A stretch of DNA of 64,000 nucleotides, from positions 3,348,001-3,412,000 of the forward strand of contig OZ193910.1 in assembly GCA_964276515.1 (NCBI GenBank). Direction: 5' to 3'. Under the pieces are notes generated by a model. It was not told the origin of the DNA. It was given only the letters and a program-made list of their open reading frames with translations, and searched no databases. The DNA is from Gordius albopunctatus (Eukaryota). Position numbers and translations under genes: made by a program. Shown here piece by piece: positions 1 through 13,290 of this stretch (position 1 is the first letter of the stretch; every line of letters begins with the position of its first letter).

Positions 1-3000
1 CTATTGTCCTGGAACCTTGTATATTCAATCAATATTTATATGAGAGCTCTTTAAATTCTCGTTTGTTTCATGATTCGCAATTCAATTACACCAAAGCATA
101 CTCAAAATCCTTTATTCCCTTCTCACCTGAAAGATATAAAATTCGTGATTTATTACATATTTATTTAACATCTTCGACCCAATTTTGTGATTGTATTTAT
201 GGTTTTATTTAATGTTTGTTAACACTATTTTTATCATCTGTTTATATTTTTAATTGCTATGCAATTTATGTTTTGTGTTAAGTTTTGGATAGCATTTTGT
301 ACACGCGTCGCGATTAAACATGACACAGGCATGACCTGGTAAAATGATTATGTTTTGTTAATTTATTCGAAAAATAAGATATTCTATGAAATATTATATT
401 AATGACTTTAGATTTTTAGTATTTGTTAGTAAGTTACGTAAATAGTTGTTTTTTTCTATGACTTTAATTTAATACTTTCCTTATTATAAATGATTTATTA
501 AACTAAAAGATCATTAATAATATAACCTTTGAAGCGTTTTAATTATTAATATGGTTTTTGAATTTAATAAGAAGGGATCATTATGTGATTTTGAAGGTTA
601 TTACAAGTCGTCCTAACCAGCATTATAATTATATGGTATAATGAAGGTTTTATTAACACTTCTCTAGATATTTTTTACAAATATTGGATTTTTTTGGGGC
701 AGGGAGGGGCAATCGCCCCTCGCTACTTCCTTGATTAGAAGAGAGAAAATTAAAAAGAAGTCAAAATCTAATACGAATTAAAAGTTTTTATGCGAAAATT
801 TAAAAAATACGTAGATTCACTTTTATGTTTAAGTGATTAAGTTTTTTTTAAGTCTAATGTACTTTTGAACATTTGTTAGAAAAATATTTTCGAAATTCGT
901 TAAAATTATTACCAGACATTAAAGCTTCTAAAATTTAAGCTTTTATTAATGGCTGGCAAATTAACACACTCGTATCATGAATCATATCTATAAATTTATT
1001 TCCAATTTTTATAAATAAAATTTATACTAAAAAATTAGAGTTGATTCACTTATAATAATTTAGCATTTGAATTGTTTGAAGTAATGTCTATTTTTAAACA
1101 TGATTTGGAAATTATGTAAAATATTTAAAGATTAACAATGATCTTTTCATTGGATGAAATTTCAATCGATAGCATATTTTATTCAACAACTCGTGTTAGA
1201 TTCATTCATAGGCTAGATGATAGACTGCTCGACGACAACTTTAAACAAGTGTACAGTTTTCCGCCATTTTGAAATATACACAAAAATAAGAGAAAGACAT
1301 ATAGATTATAATAATCTTGGTTAATTAGGGTGTTTTTGGAACGTAATAAAAAAATATTAAATTAGACATTCAAATCAACATTTTAAAATATATAACATCT
1401 ATATAATTCATAAAAATAAAAAATTAAATATCGTGAGGCTAAAGCAATTTAATGTCATCTGCATTTAATTAAAGAAGGTAAAATCCTTTTTTGTCTTAAG
1501 GGGTAAACTGCATAAAGACATGGGAGATAGTTAAATTCAAAGTCATGCATTTAATGGTACACATTTTACCACAAATTAAATTAGCACGATTTTTATTAAT
1601 TATGGTTTAACTATGTTTTAAAAATCTAAATATCAAATGAAGAAAAAAATAAAGTGGTTAGAATCAGTTTTTAATATTAATAATCGGGTTTATTGATTAA
1701 TTATTGATAGAAACAGTTTATAAAATTTAATCGACTTATCGAAAGTCAATAATATATAAACTGAATGAAAATTTTTTCATATAATTAAATTTTAGCTAAC
1801 ATAACTATTGGAAAAATATTTACATTTTATACAATAAATTAGTTTTTGATTAAATTATTATTATCGATTGTGATAATGTAAATATTCAATATTAGATAGA
1901 TATATACCATATTTTTTTCTTTCCAAGCTTATTAATAAAATTTATAATTAGATAATCCGATAATTATTTGATCTCCCTTTCAAATCATTTATCAGCTTAA
2001 GTAGTCTCGCCCATATTTAATCAATCCAATAGATTTGCTATAATTATAAATCACGAAAATCAGGGAAAATATATTCAGCCAACTTGTCAGGTAATTAATT
2101 AAATTAATTATTTTTTATATTTTTATAAGACGACAACTTTGTTAATTTTACTAAAATTAAAAAACTTAACAATGTCGGCAATATCTGATTTAATTCCCCA
2201 TTCCTTTATATACCACGATTTTATATATTTTTGATATTTGTCGCTAAAATGCAATTTTCATGATAAATTTTAAAAATTAGCCCAAGAAAAACATCTTTTA
2301 GCCGCGTCTGAATTGTAAAAATTTCAAACGGGAACGGGGTTCGTAGAAATCAAAAGCTTTATGTCTCTTAATTTTTATATGATTTTTTAGACATTCGTAT
2401 TATACCCATATTTAGGTTTTGTATCAATTACTTTAATTTATAAACTAGACTTCATCTATCGAGTATTTTTTTATTTTTTTACTATTTTATATAAAATCAT
2501 AAAGTTAGCAAAGGCCTACTAACCCATTTTTATTTAATTATCGTTAATAAAATTTTTAATCCTGTCTTCTTCTTTTAATCAAAATAGTGACTAATCCCTT
2601 AAATTTTGATATCTATTTTTTTTTATTTATTGAAAATTGATCTCCTACCAGCGGGTCAAATTGTCATAAGATCAGTTATGATTTTAGAGTCTTTTAATAC
2701 CTAAGTGCTAAAAGTAAGCGGTTTTTTAGTAAAAGATTTTGGGTTAATATCGATAATTTTTGGATATTATTAGGTGGATATTTGTTATTTATTATAAAAT
2801 TTATACATATTAATTAAAAATCACTAAAAATATAATGCAGCCACTGTCAGAACCCTAGGCACTCAAGCCTTAAAAAATATTTTTTTAAAAAATAGGGAAA
2901 CAAATTTCCTTGCTATCCCATGATAATAGCGAATTTTTTTTTAAAAATCGGCATTACTATTTGTAAACATAATTCAAGAGCAATATCCGAATGTTTTTTA

Positions 3001-3528
3001 AATATTTATAAAACTTAACTTTTTTTATAAAAAATAGCAGCATTATTTGTTATATTTTTTTTAAATCCTCTGTGCCTATTTTCCATTAATTGCCTCTGCA
3101 TTACCTATACAAATCTTATAAGAATATTGATGTTACAAATTATACTTTTAATTTATGTGCCCCGACATTCCTGCGGAAATTTTGATTGCGTCTGATCATT
3201 ATTATAAATCACCATTTTAACGGCTAAAAGTTTAATTATTATCTAATTGTCAAGCTTGATAACGATGTGTCAACCCGTCCCTTTACCATTGTAATTGATT
3301 TATTTGTACCTCAAATTGTGCCAATTTTTTTTTGATATTAATTATTGAAGAAATTAATTATCGGATTAATAAAGTGGATGTAGTATATGAATTTTATGTA
3401 TTTTTTTTGATTTTCATTCTTGCAAATAGTTATTTCGTAAAAATAATCATATAAACTAAGAATTTTTTGGGTTTTTGTAATAGATATTTAATTATAGCCA
3501 ACATTCTTATTATTCTCTTTATATAAAA

Positions 3529-3557
3529 CTAGCTGTGTCCGGCCAAGCGTTGCTTTG
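3529..3557 (-). mobile_element. Helitron 3' terminus fragment
   Basis: Reverse complement of the terminus at 17554-17582 (caaagcaacgcttggccgg..cacagCTAG|T). Confidence 0.65.
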
Positions 3558-3765
3558 GTGGCTCAGTCCTAAAGTGGTTAAATAAGTATAACCTATTAAT
3601 AAGACTACTTATCTAAAATGGGGTGGGCATATATTAATTCAAATAAATAAAATATCCATAATATTTATTTAGAGCACGAATAATATCACGTCATGGATTT
3701 TATGAACCCACTATTTTTATAGTATATATATATAATACGATAAATCAAATGCGAATTCTGTTTCG

Positions 3766-4539
3766 CGTAGCCAAGGGGGCAGAAAGTGCGAGGTTTCTGG
3801 CCCCTTGACCAAAATTTGAAATTTTTTTTGTTTAATAAAATTAGATTAAATGGGTTAAAATATTATAGTTTAGTTGCATAAAAGATTTTAAGACACTTAT
3901 AAAAGTCTGGAAACATAATATTTACATTCAATTTTTAGAATTATAATTTTCCACCATTGATTGTAAATTATGAAGAGAGTTTGTATACAAGATTTTTTCC
4001 CCTTTAAAATACCAAATCCTGGTATTTCTAGCAAGTGAATTAGGCTTTTATTTTATGGTTATATAGTATAGTTATTTTGAATAAAATTGGGCTAGGGAAT
4101 TCCTTTCTGTTTCAAGTAAAATTGAATTTTGTATAAAGAGTATTTGGAAATTAGCTAAAACTTGTTTTTTTCTTAACACCATTCATTTAGCTGTAATCCA
4201 AAAAATTTCAAATAAACAGATTGAGTGAATGTATTGCTTATTAACAACTTGAGCATTTTTTCAGATCAAACTCATATAATTTTGCTTTGGTTTCCGCCAT
4301 TATTTAATTTTACCTAAATGATAATATTTTCTGCCTGTTGAATAAATGCATAAGGTCGATATCCTTTTAAAGGTATAAAAGCGATAGTAAATGCTCTGAT
4401 TTTAAGAAAAGATTTTTCCAAAGAGCGCCTTGAAGTTTCGCATATGCATTGTACGCCAACTTTATTTTTGTTACATTAAAAATAAAAGTGTCGCAATTTT
4501 TTTGAATTTTTCTTCCCCCTTGAGAAAATCCTGGCTACG
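3766..4539. mobile_element. MITE of the GGCGTAGCCAGG family, right end abutting the gap
   Basis: Left gcgtagccaagggggc and right cccccttgagaaaatcctggctacg are imperfect inverted ends. Confidence 0.5.
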
Positions 4540-4739
4540 NNNNNNNNNNNNNNNNNNNNNNNNNNNNNNNNNNNNNNNNNNNNNNNNNNNNNNNNNNNNN
4601 NNNNNNNNNNNNNNNNNNNNNNNNNNNNNNNNNNNNNNNNNNNNNNNNNNNNNNNNNNNNNNNNNNNNNNNNNNNNNNNNNNNNNNNNNNNNNNNNNNNN
4701 NNNNNNNNNNNNNNNNNNNNNNNNNNNNNNNNNNNNNNN
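4540..4739. other. Assembly gap (200 N)
   Basis: Run of n. Confidence 1.
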
Positions 4740-4943
4740 CATGTCGATATTGATATAATTAATCGGTATTGTTTAAACGCCATTGTGATAAACTTTCTAA
4801 TTTAGTTTCACGCGTTAATATTAACATTTTATATTTAAAAGTTATCTTTTATGGATATCATCATCATGGGAAACAAGTCAAATACAAAGCAGATTCATAA
4901 ATAGTTGAAATCTTCAATTATTACTCAAACACTGAGTTTTAGC

Positions 4944-5063
4944 CATGGGTGGAGCCAGGGGCGGCAGGAAGGGGCGGTCCCTAAATGGCGAAAAAAAACT
5001 TTTTATGCCCCCCTTTTGAACGTTTCGCCCCCCCCCCTAATCCAAAACCTGGCTGCGCCCATG
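4944..5063. mobile_element. 120-bp hAT-type MITE
   Basis: TIRs catgggtggagccagg / cctggctgcgcccatg; perfect 8-bp TSD gttttagc at 4936-4943 and 5064-5071. Confidence 0.85.
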
Positions 5064-6225
5064 GTTTTAGCTATTAAGATCTTTGATCCAAATTTAAGAT
5101 GTTCTGTTGTAAATTTTGTTAACAACATATATAAAATTTTGCATCCTAGCAATAAATAGCTAAACTCTTCATATCAAAAAACAGAGATATTTATATCAAA
5201 TTAAAAACTGGAACACAATTTAAATTAACATTATTATTAGTTATGATGACCTTGATCGATTTTATTGATTTGTCCACAGCCAATAATATAACAATTACAT
5301 ATTTTCCAACATGTCATCTAAAAATTGCAAACTCAATGAACATGCATTATTCAGGATTTATGAGTGTAACAACGTGAGTAATTTTGTCATTTCACTCATT
5401 TCCAACATTAAAAAAGCATGTTTAATCCCCTAAAATTGCTGAATTTCTTTTTCTTGTAGCATAAATTACTGAATTAAAGCAACTGCCATTGTCGATTAGT
5501 TAACAAATCATCTCTTCTACCAACCCCTTAGACATAATAAATATGGTGATGATGGTGGTGTCTCAAAAAATCCTGATAAAAGTAAACATTATATCGTAAA
5601 TCAAAGAAGCCATACACTTAAGTGAAAAACAACTGGCAATCAAAGTTAAAGGGGAGGGGGTTGTCAATAGCACTTCCGTCGCCTTGGAAAAATAAATTAT
5701 GACAACGGGTTCAGGGTAATTTGTTAATCGCGAGAACACAAGCAGGAGAGATGATTAAATCATGACATATTTTTGTCATTTAGCAAAACCGATTTTGGCA
5801 AAGGTTTCATATTTTATATAATAGTGATAAAGAAAAACTCTGCATAGACCCCAATAGATTGGGTGGGGATGGCATTTGATTATTAATAATGATTCAAAAA
5901 GTTTCAAAATATGACGCGCGTTTGCAAATCGGAAGCAATTAAAATTGTTTTAAATCATGATGATTAAGCCCCAATATCTAAAAAAAATCCACTTTCTCAA
6001 AAATTAAATTTTTACCATAGCATTTTCAATAGTATGAAATATTATAATATTAGTAAAAATTATCTAAATTTTTCATTTAATTTCAATATCGCTATATATA
6101 TACGAGCCTAGCCAGGTGTTTTATTTTTTAGCGTTTTCAACTTGTAAATTTAGGGAAGAGAGCGCAGTTTAAATATTATTACCATTTAGTAAAATTACAA
6201 ATAATTACAAATTTTTCTATTAGGT

Positions 6226-8034
6226 ATGATCGGTGATAGGATGATGGTGTCCAATGAATTGCTCTACCGTGAAGCGGGTAGCATTCTCGTCAGCTTAAAC
6301 CTGGTAAGTCCAACATTGTCACTTGTCATTAATACTTTTGTGGGATGGATCCTCATCTCTACAAACCTCATAAACGCAGAACCTAAATATGGCATACTGT
6401 TCAATTTAGCCGTAGCCGATGCGCTAACCTTCATTCCATACTATTGGAACGCGGCACGAATTTTTTACGGAACACCTAATAGCTTTGCCGCCTGTCAGTT
6501 CATTCATCTGCTATGGATTTTTTTTCACCACGTCTCCATTTTTACCGTTTGCCTGCTGAATTTGGATATGTACATGGCCTTGGTTCATCCATTCAGGCAT
6601 ATTAGGCTACTAGTCTTGAAAAAACGGTACACCGTGGGTCCTCTGTGCGCCAGTGTTTGGCTACTATCAGCTATCATAACCTTGTTAGGCTACGCAAGTA
6701 ATGAGCTGTATCATCCCCAACCTCGGATCGATTATTATGACCACAACGAAGGTCGCCGCCATCCATGCTTTATGGCTTTGAGTTTTCATCCCACCTATTG
6801 GTACGTCATATTTTTGCTGGGCTATGTGTGGCCCGTGGCTTGGATCAGTTTCACTTACATCAGCATTTACAAAGCTCTCAAAGGAGCAAGGAATAGTATG
6901 AGGGATAGTATTTGCCGATCACGAGACAGCTTCAGCGCAATAGGACGTGGCAGTATATCGTCCCAACATGGTTCCGCGACTCCACTTAATAAAAGGATCC
7001 ACCAGCTCTCAGATTTGAAAACTGAATATTGTTCCCCCAAAGCTACATCCCTTATTCCTAATGGCTTTCACAGGGTTGAACGAGTTGTTAAGAAACGACC
7101 TTGCATCGAAAAAATTATGGCTAGTTGGTTTAATTCCTCCCAAGAGTCTAATGAGGGATGTGCGGAAGTTAGGAAAAGTTCAGTAGTAAAACAATTTCGC
7201 AGAGCTTTGCTCCTGCACTCGAATAAAATAATTGTTACAGACTGGACGGTGACTAAAGAGGTATTCGAAATAAACATACCGGACACCATTAATGAAATAC
7301 CAGACGTAACGCCTAAACTAAGTGTAGACACGATAGGGAGTCAAAATAGCCCGAGCCAACAATTAACTACTAGAGAGGCTGATAATAAGATAAATGATCC
7401 CTTAATAGCAACTCAAAATACTGGACCTACCTCCTTAATAAGTCCCCCCGATTCCAAAACTGAGTTCTCCTCTACTTTGGTAAGGTCTAAAGACTTGGGC
7501 CCACACAAAAAAAGCTTGTCGTTCAACCTGAAGGGTAATAACAATTCCTTTCCTAGCGCACTCAAGGGAAAATCTACATTGAAAAAATCGCCATCAGACG
7601 TTGGCCACGAAGGAACTGCCTCCTGGAAAAGAAATCGTTGTTCATTCGATGCTAGATTAAGCATTAAAAAATCTATTTGGCACTTAAACGGAGCACGACA
7701 CTCTTCGGTTAAATCCAACGGTGATCCACCACCATTTTCGGTTGAAATGCGCAAATATATACATACCAGTCTATTGGTAGTCGTGCTTTTTATAGCATGT
7801 TGGACACCATTCTTCATCCGTATAGCCTTGCAATTGGTAGATTCACGTCATCTTTACAATTACGTTTTCACCTACAGCACTACTAGTTTGGTCGAGGTTA
7901 ATTGCGTGGTTAATCCCATTTTATATTGCGTGCGTAATCAGAGATTCCAAGAATGTTTGAGGCTCAAATTAAGCGCCTACTACAAATTTTGCCGTAGAAC
8001 GCAGAAAAAGGTCGTCGAGGAACAATACTTGTGA
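6226..8034 (+). CDS. Rhodopsin-like (class A) GPCR with aminergic-receptor-like architecture and a long ICL3; ligand unknown
   Basis: 602-aa intronless ORF with 7 hydrophobic segments: TM2 NLAVAD, TM3 C...LDMY, TM4 W, TM5 P..Y, TM6 FIACWTPFF, TM7 NCVVNPILY, helix-8 RNQRFQ. Confidence 0.93.
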   Translation: MIGDRMMVSNELLYREAGSILVSLNLVSPTLSLVINTFVGWILISTNLINAEPKYGILFNLAVADALTFIPYYWNAARIFYGTPNSFAACQFIHLLWIFFHHVSIFTVCLLNLDMYMALVHPFRHIRLLVLKKRYTVGPLCASVWLLSAIITLLGYASNELYHPQPRIDYYDHNEGRRHPCFMALSFHPTYWYVIFLLGYVWPVAWISFTYISIYKALKGARNSMRDSICRSRDSFSAIGRGSISSQHGSATPLNKRIHQLSDLKTEYCSPKATSLIPNGFHRVERVVKKRPCIEKIMASWFNSSQESNEGCAEVRKSSVVKQFRRALLLHSNKIIVTDWTVTKEVFEINIPDTINEIPDVTPKLSVDTIGSQNSPSQQLTTREADNKINDPLIATQNTGPTSLISPPDSKTEFSSTLVRSKDLGPHKKSLSFNLKGNNNSFPSALKGKSTLKKSPSDVGHEGTASWKRNRCSFDARLSIKKSIWHLNGARHSSVKSNGDPPPFSVEMRKYIHTSLLVVVLFIACWTPFFIRIALQLVDSRHLYNYVFTYSTTSLVEVNCVVNPILYCVRNQRFQECLRLKLSAYYKFCRRTQKKVVEEQYL

Positions 8035-9159
8035 TTAGTCGATACTTTTTAGATTTGTATTTTTCATATAAACACTTGTAATCATGTATATTGTATGTAT
8101 ATATATTTGGTCCAATTTTAGCAAATTTTACATCTCGAAATAATTTTGTAATAAAAATTAAATTTCAAATGGAGTTTATATAAGCTTTTTATGGGATTGG
8201 TGTCGTTAATCATTATTGTAACAGTAATATTTAAATCAAAAACCCCTGTTAAAGGTTAAAAGGTATATAGTTGTCTTTTGCCTAAATTAGAATTATATAC
8301 TAAAAGTATAGTATCCATTACACAAGAAATTTGAAAAAATATATAATTTAATTATACAATGTCATAATTTTGCTAAAATATTTAAGCGATGGTTATAAAC
8401 AAGTGGCATGATCCGTATGTAGCTAGGATTTGATTTTGGGTGGGGGTGGGGGCAACTACCTCTCGTTCCTTTGACTTACCCATGGGCATAATATCGATTT
8501 TCTTTGTCAAAACAATAAATCTAGTAATTTCGCACATTATATTTGAATTAAAGATTTCTTTATCTAACTTAGTTAAGTTAATGCTTAAATAAACAAATTA
8601 TCAACGTTCGCAGCATAGATTAATGACTTATATATCCATATGGCTTATTCATCATTTTCAACTTTAAATTGCGATTGATATGTCTGTAATTATATTGGAA
8701 GATTGACTATTTTTCAGGTAAAATAGTTAAATTTCCATATGTATCAGGAATTTAAAAATACTTTGAAAACAATATTTTATTTAAATTGTATCATCCTTTA
8801 AATTAAACTAGTTTGGATGATTATGTAACATAACATATGGCAGAGAAATCGTGTTTTTAAAGAAGTAGACTAGATATGGAATTAAAAGCATATAATAATG
8901 CTAATGATATTACAATTTGTTTTCAATGGACCTATATAATAGGCTAAAAATTTTAAGCGACATTCATTTATATTGAATTTACAATTAGCCAATACAGACA
9001 GAGAATTATTGTTTGTTCAATTTCATTTGATGCAAAACTTTATAAATTTTTTTAATAACTTATTATTAAAGTAGAATCGAATAATCGAGTATAAATTTAA
9101 AATATAGCAAAACTTTTAGGCAGGAAAGATTTGCTAAAGCTACATCATTTAGAAATTTT

Positions 9160-10243
9160 TAGTGTTGCGATCTCGTCTCGTCTCGGTCTCGAAAGCAAAA
9201 TCTCGTCTCGTCTCGGGTGCAATTATTAAAATCTCGTCTCGACGAGAATTCTCGTCTCGTCTCGACTTTTAAAAATAATTATACCATATATTTTTTTCTG
9301 ACTTATAAATTATTATATAAGATATTAATTGGTCATAATGGAACCAATTTTTTATCTCAAACCTCAAAACACAAACTAGATGGGTATCTTAAGGTAGGAA
9401 GCATTATTGGAGGTGTTATATATACTACTTGCCTCGAAGGTATAAAGTTGCTAAACAATAACTTTAATTTCCTGGCTAAGGCTCAATAAAAGGATAAAGT
9501 TTAATGATATCATTATATTTTAACATAATGAATTTATTTAGATTTTATATAATAACGTTAAAATAATGACAAAAATGCGAGAGTAAACTTTTGAAGATAT
9601 CATTATTAATAACAAGTAATTATCTGAACATTGTAAATACAATAAAATAGGCATTTTTGTTGGAAGAACATAACAGTTTTGAGATCTTACGTTAATTGCA
9701 CATGTATAACTTGAAATATAAAATTTTCTTTAAAGCACAATTTACACTTCTCCATTTTATTTGATTCATCCTTGAATACTGTGAAATGTTTGAGCAGCTT
9801 ACTCTTTTTTGTGATGGATGATGAACTTGTTGCGCATAAACTCATTATAGGTCTAAATAATTTTATATTATATAAGCTATACAAATAAGTAACAAATATC
9901 CTAAGGGCTACTAACACTATGTCTATTAAAATTATATTAAAAATTTGAAATTTGCGCAAAGCGAATAATTAGGTGCGTAAGTAAATACTATCAAAAGTTT
10001 CAAAATCATATTAATTTGCATTAAATACCCTAAATTTAAATCTGATAAAATAAAATTCTTAATTAGCTAAATGAAGACTTAATAGATAAAAATTAAAGTC
10101 GAGATTTTGCCGATAAAATCTCGTCTCGTCTCGAGGTCAAAATTCTCGTCTCGATCTCGACTCAATTTTTCAAAATCTCGTCTCTTCTCGGTTTTTCGAG
10201 ACGAGACGAGACCGAGATTTTTCTCGGTTTTTCCGCATCACTA
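9160..10243 (-). mobile_element. Non-autonomous hAT (tctcg-repeat family) with BED-finger remnant
   Basis: TIRs tagtgttgcg / cgcatcacta; subterminal (tctcg)n arrays; TSD gaaatttt/gaaatgtt (7/8); minus-strand KHF..KCKLC at about 9730-9800. Confidence 0.8.
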
Positions 10244-10489
10244 GAAATGTTAGGCCGCTAATAGTAATCACTTCAGACACAAAGGATTTAAGAAATTAAA
10301 ATTTTTCAAATCCGACTTTATGAATGTCTGCCAATTAAAAATTTCTGGCCCCTTATAACGCGCGCTTTTATAAACATCCCCACCTTTCGTTCTTTATTTC
10401 GTATTTTTATGAAGTTCGGTTATTAATATTACAAGTAAAAAAACATTACTTTAACGTTAGAGGATAAATGCAGACAATGGTTAACCGGC

Positions 10490-11380
10490 AATCTTAAAAT
10501 GTAGTGCTATGAACTATTATTCATACAGAATAATGCTTCAAGATCACGAAGAAAAACATATTTTAAAATGCCGCTTATTATTCCATCAATACCTCGTAAT
10601 ATGTATGCCAAAATTGAATCGGAACCTCTGATCTAAATTAGTTTAAATACAAACAGTGATAGATATTCTTTCTACAAAAGAAGATCAACAGAGGATGGCT
10701 GTAACGTGGTAACCATTCAACTGCGGAACCCAATAGTCTAGGTAGATAACCCTTGGGTTTTTCTATACTGTCCTTTGCAACATTAAATGCTTTAAAACTA
10801 AAACTAAACTTTAATTATTCTTTAAGATTTATGCTTACAAATTGGAAACAAAGCTTTAAATCAACTGGGTATGCCTGCATTAAATCGATATGCTTCTGCT
10901 CCATTTTATGTGAACTTACATCGTGAACAAAAATACAACCAATGTGATCTTATGCCTTACATGCGATCTAATGTTCCAAAGCTAAATATATTTTGCTTGC
11001 TGTTAATAAAGGTTAAGGAGAGTCTTCTTCTTAGATGCTCCAGGAGGAACTGGTAAAATTTTTCTACTGTCATTGCTCCTCGCAACGATTCGTTCACAAA
11101 TTAATATAGCCGTATCTCTAGCGTCTTTCGTAATGGCTGCCACAGGGTTACCCGATAGAAACACTGTTCATTCAGCATTAAAATTGCCTTTAAACGCTCA
11201 TTACAGTGATACTCCAATGTGCAACATTTCCAGAACATATGGAATGGGTAAAGTATTACAGACCTGCAAACTTATCGTTTGGGATGAATGAACAATGGCC
11301 CATGAAAAATCGCTTAAAGCTCAAACCTTTTGATAACGCAATATTATTGCCTGCAGAAGATTTGAGGAAAACTTTACCGA
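10490..11380 (+). pseudogene. Decayed Helitron Rep/helicase
   Basis: SAMNYYSYRIM...CRLLFHQYL..MYAKIESE (Helitron N-terminal domain) and LDAPGGTGK...HSALKLPL...LIVWDE (PIF1 helicase), broken by stops, frameshifts and deletions. Confidence 0.9.
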
Positions 11381-11480
11381 TTTGGCTCAAAATTTCACAG
11401 TTTATTCCTGACACTCCGGAGCATGTTTTAAGATTTGTTCGAGCCGGGGTCAGGTATTTTTTTTGTTTTATACGTTTTGG

Positions 11481-11611
11481 CACTTAATAAAGACGTCATA
11501 TGACGTCATACGGGATACTGTAAAATGCGGCAATCACTTAATAAAATTAAGACGTCATACAGGATACTGTAAAATGCGGCAATCACTTAATAAAATGTCA
11601 ATGACGTCATA
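11481..11611. repeat. About 50-bp tandem duplication
   Basis: gacgtcatac(g/a)ggatactgtaaaatgcggcaatcacttaataaaat twice, plus partial copies. Confidence 0.8.
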
Positions 11612-11798
11612 AATGAGCTGCCCCACCCCTCCAACAATTATTTTTAATTCATTAAAATTATGGTTAACATTTCAAAAAATTATCATTTTACCTCTCCCTA
11701 ACTCATTATTGCCCTCCTCTATTTCCAATGTTGGCTAAGGCTATAAATATACAATAAGTTCCTCCTTCAACTTTATTGATGGTGAAATAGCGTTTGAT

Positions 11799-11903
11799 AG
11801 GTGCTAAAGCTATAGCACATAGTCACTTGGAGGTGCTAAAGCTTTAGGACATAGGCACTTGGAGGCGCTAAAGCTATAGCACATAGTCACATAAGGCGCT
11901 AAA
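11799..11903. repeat. 32-bp minisatellite, about 3.3 copies
   Basis: aggtgctaaagctatagcacatagtcacttgg units start at 11799, 11831 and 11863. Confidence 0.85.
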
Positions 11904-12114
11904 ATTGTTATAAAATTTATAGGTTAAATTATCTGTTATAGTATATGTCGTGTCCTCACAAAAGTTACGGTTCTCTCCTCCCTAAACCCCCCACCGCGCT
12001 GCTATACACACGCGTTTTAATACCGTACTTATTCGATCAAAACCCCCTACTCGTACTTATATTCACAAAGGTTGTAAAACTGCGTAGCGCATTCACCCCC
12101 CATGCGTTCCACTT

Positions 12115-13290
12115 AGAGGTCTGCATGGGCCGAAATTTCAGGGTCAGGCCCGGCCCATACCCGCACAAATATATTTTTTTTACCCATACCCGCCCCGCAA
12201 AATAACAACAAAAAATGCGCCGCATCAGGCCCGCACGAGAAAAAAGCTTCAATGTTTTCAAAAAAATTTATTTATATAGAAACAATTTTGCATGTATGAA
12301 AAAATTGTTATAGCATATAAAAACGATATTAATAAAAAAATTATAATTCAATATTGTAATTTAAAAATAATAAACTGTCTATTCTATCAGGTAGTAGTCT
12401 TGTTCTTCTTTGTTCTATTAGGCGACTTGCCTTACTAAACGTGCGTTCACTTGTAGCGCTTGTGGCTGGAATTGCCAAAAACTGTACAGCTAACTTTGTC
12501 AAATTATGTAGGATAAGTTCGTGTTCTTTCTTTCCACCATGAAATAACATCAAGCTCATCATCTTCCGGTTTAAGATTTAATTTAAAATAAGTATCAAAT
12601 TCATTGCTCTCCTCAATCTGCTCTCTTTCATCGTCCTCCTAAACGGAGATATCCATATCGACTTCACCAATAGCTAATTGCCTACATACCTCAGCTGAAT
12701 TGCTCATAGATGGACGACTGATGCATGAAGAGCTAGGATCTTCTTGCATTAATTTATTTAAAGTTTGTGTTACCATGGTTTTAACAAGAATAGCAATGTT
12801 GATATTATAAGTTTGTAATAAGAAGGAGAAGTGTAGCTAAAACTAATTAATTATAAAATAAAATTTTTTAATGAATTACCTTAAAGTTTAAAACAACGTC
12901 AATGAGATCTTGGAACAAATATTAAGCAATCTAAGAATTTGAAAAGCGAGGGAAAAAATAAACAATGAAGTTAAAAACAAACACTACCTTCTATCCATTC
13001 AATTAATTTACTTAATTAACGAAAAATATAATATTAAATTTTCCCTCAAAATAATACTGTTTAAATAGCAAATTTTTGTTAGAAAAAATAAATTTTTTAT
13101 CATCAAGATAATAAATGCATTTTTTTCTGTCAATACTATAATGATAATATAGAGTTTAATATATTTAAATTTTTTCACTTATCAAAGCCCAAGCCCGGCC
13201 CGCACTTTTTTTAGTGCTCATTTTCAGGTCCGGCCCAGCCCGTGGGCCGGGCTTGGGCCTGCGGGCCGGCCCGGCCCCTGCAGACCTCTA
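12115..13290 (-). mobile_element. Internally deleted hAT (GGCCC-rich ends) carrying the transposase dimerisation domain
   Basis: Ends agaggtctgca / tgcagacctcta; flanking duplication tccactt; 12341-12562 encodes LAVQFLAIPATSATSERTFSKASRLIEQRRTRL. Confidence 0.88.

Noticed and set aside
4430..4783. ORFs spanning the N run
   Set aside because: Artefacts of translating through the gap.
7068..7817. Antisense ORFs in the GPCR
   Set aside because: Shadow frames of the coding strand.
11799..11903. CRISPR-like 32-bp repeats
   Set aside because: Units are contiguous with no unique spacers, there are no cas genes, and the context is eukaryotic.
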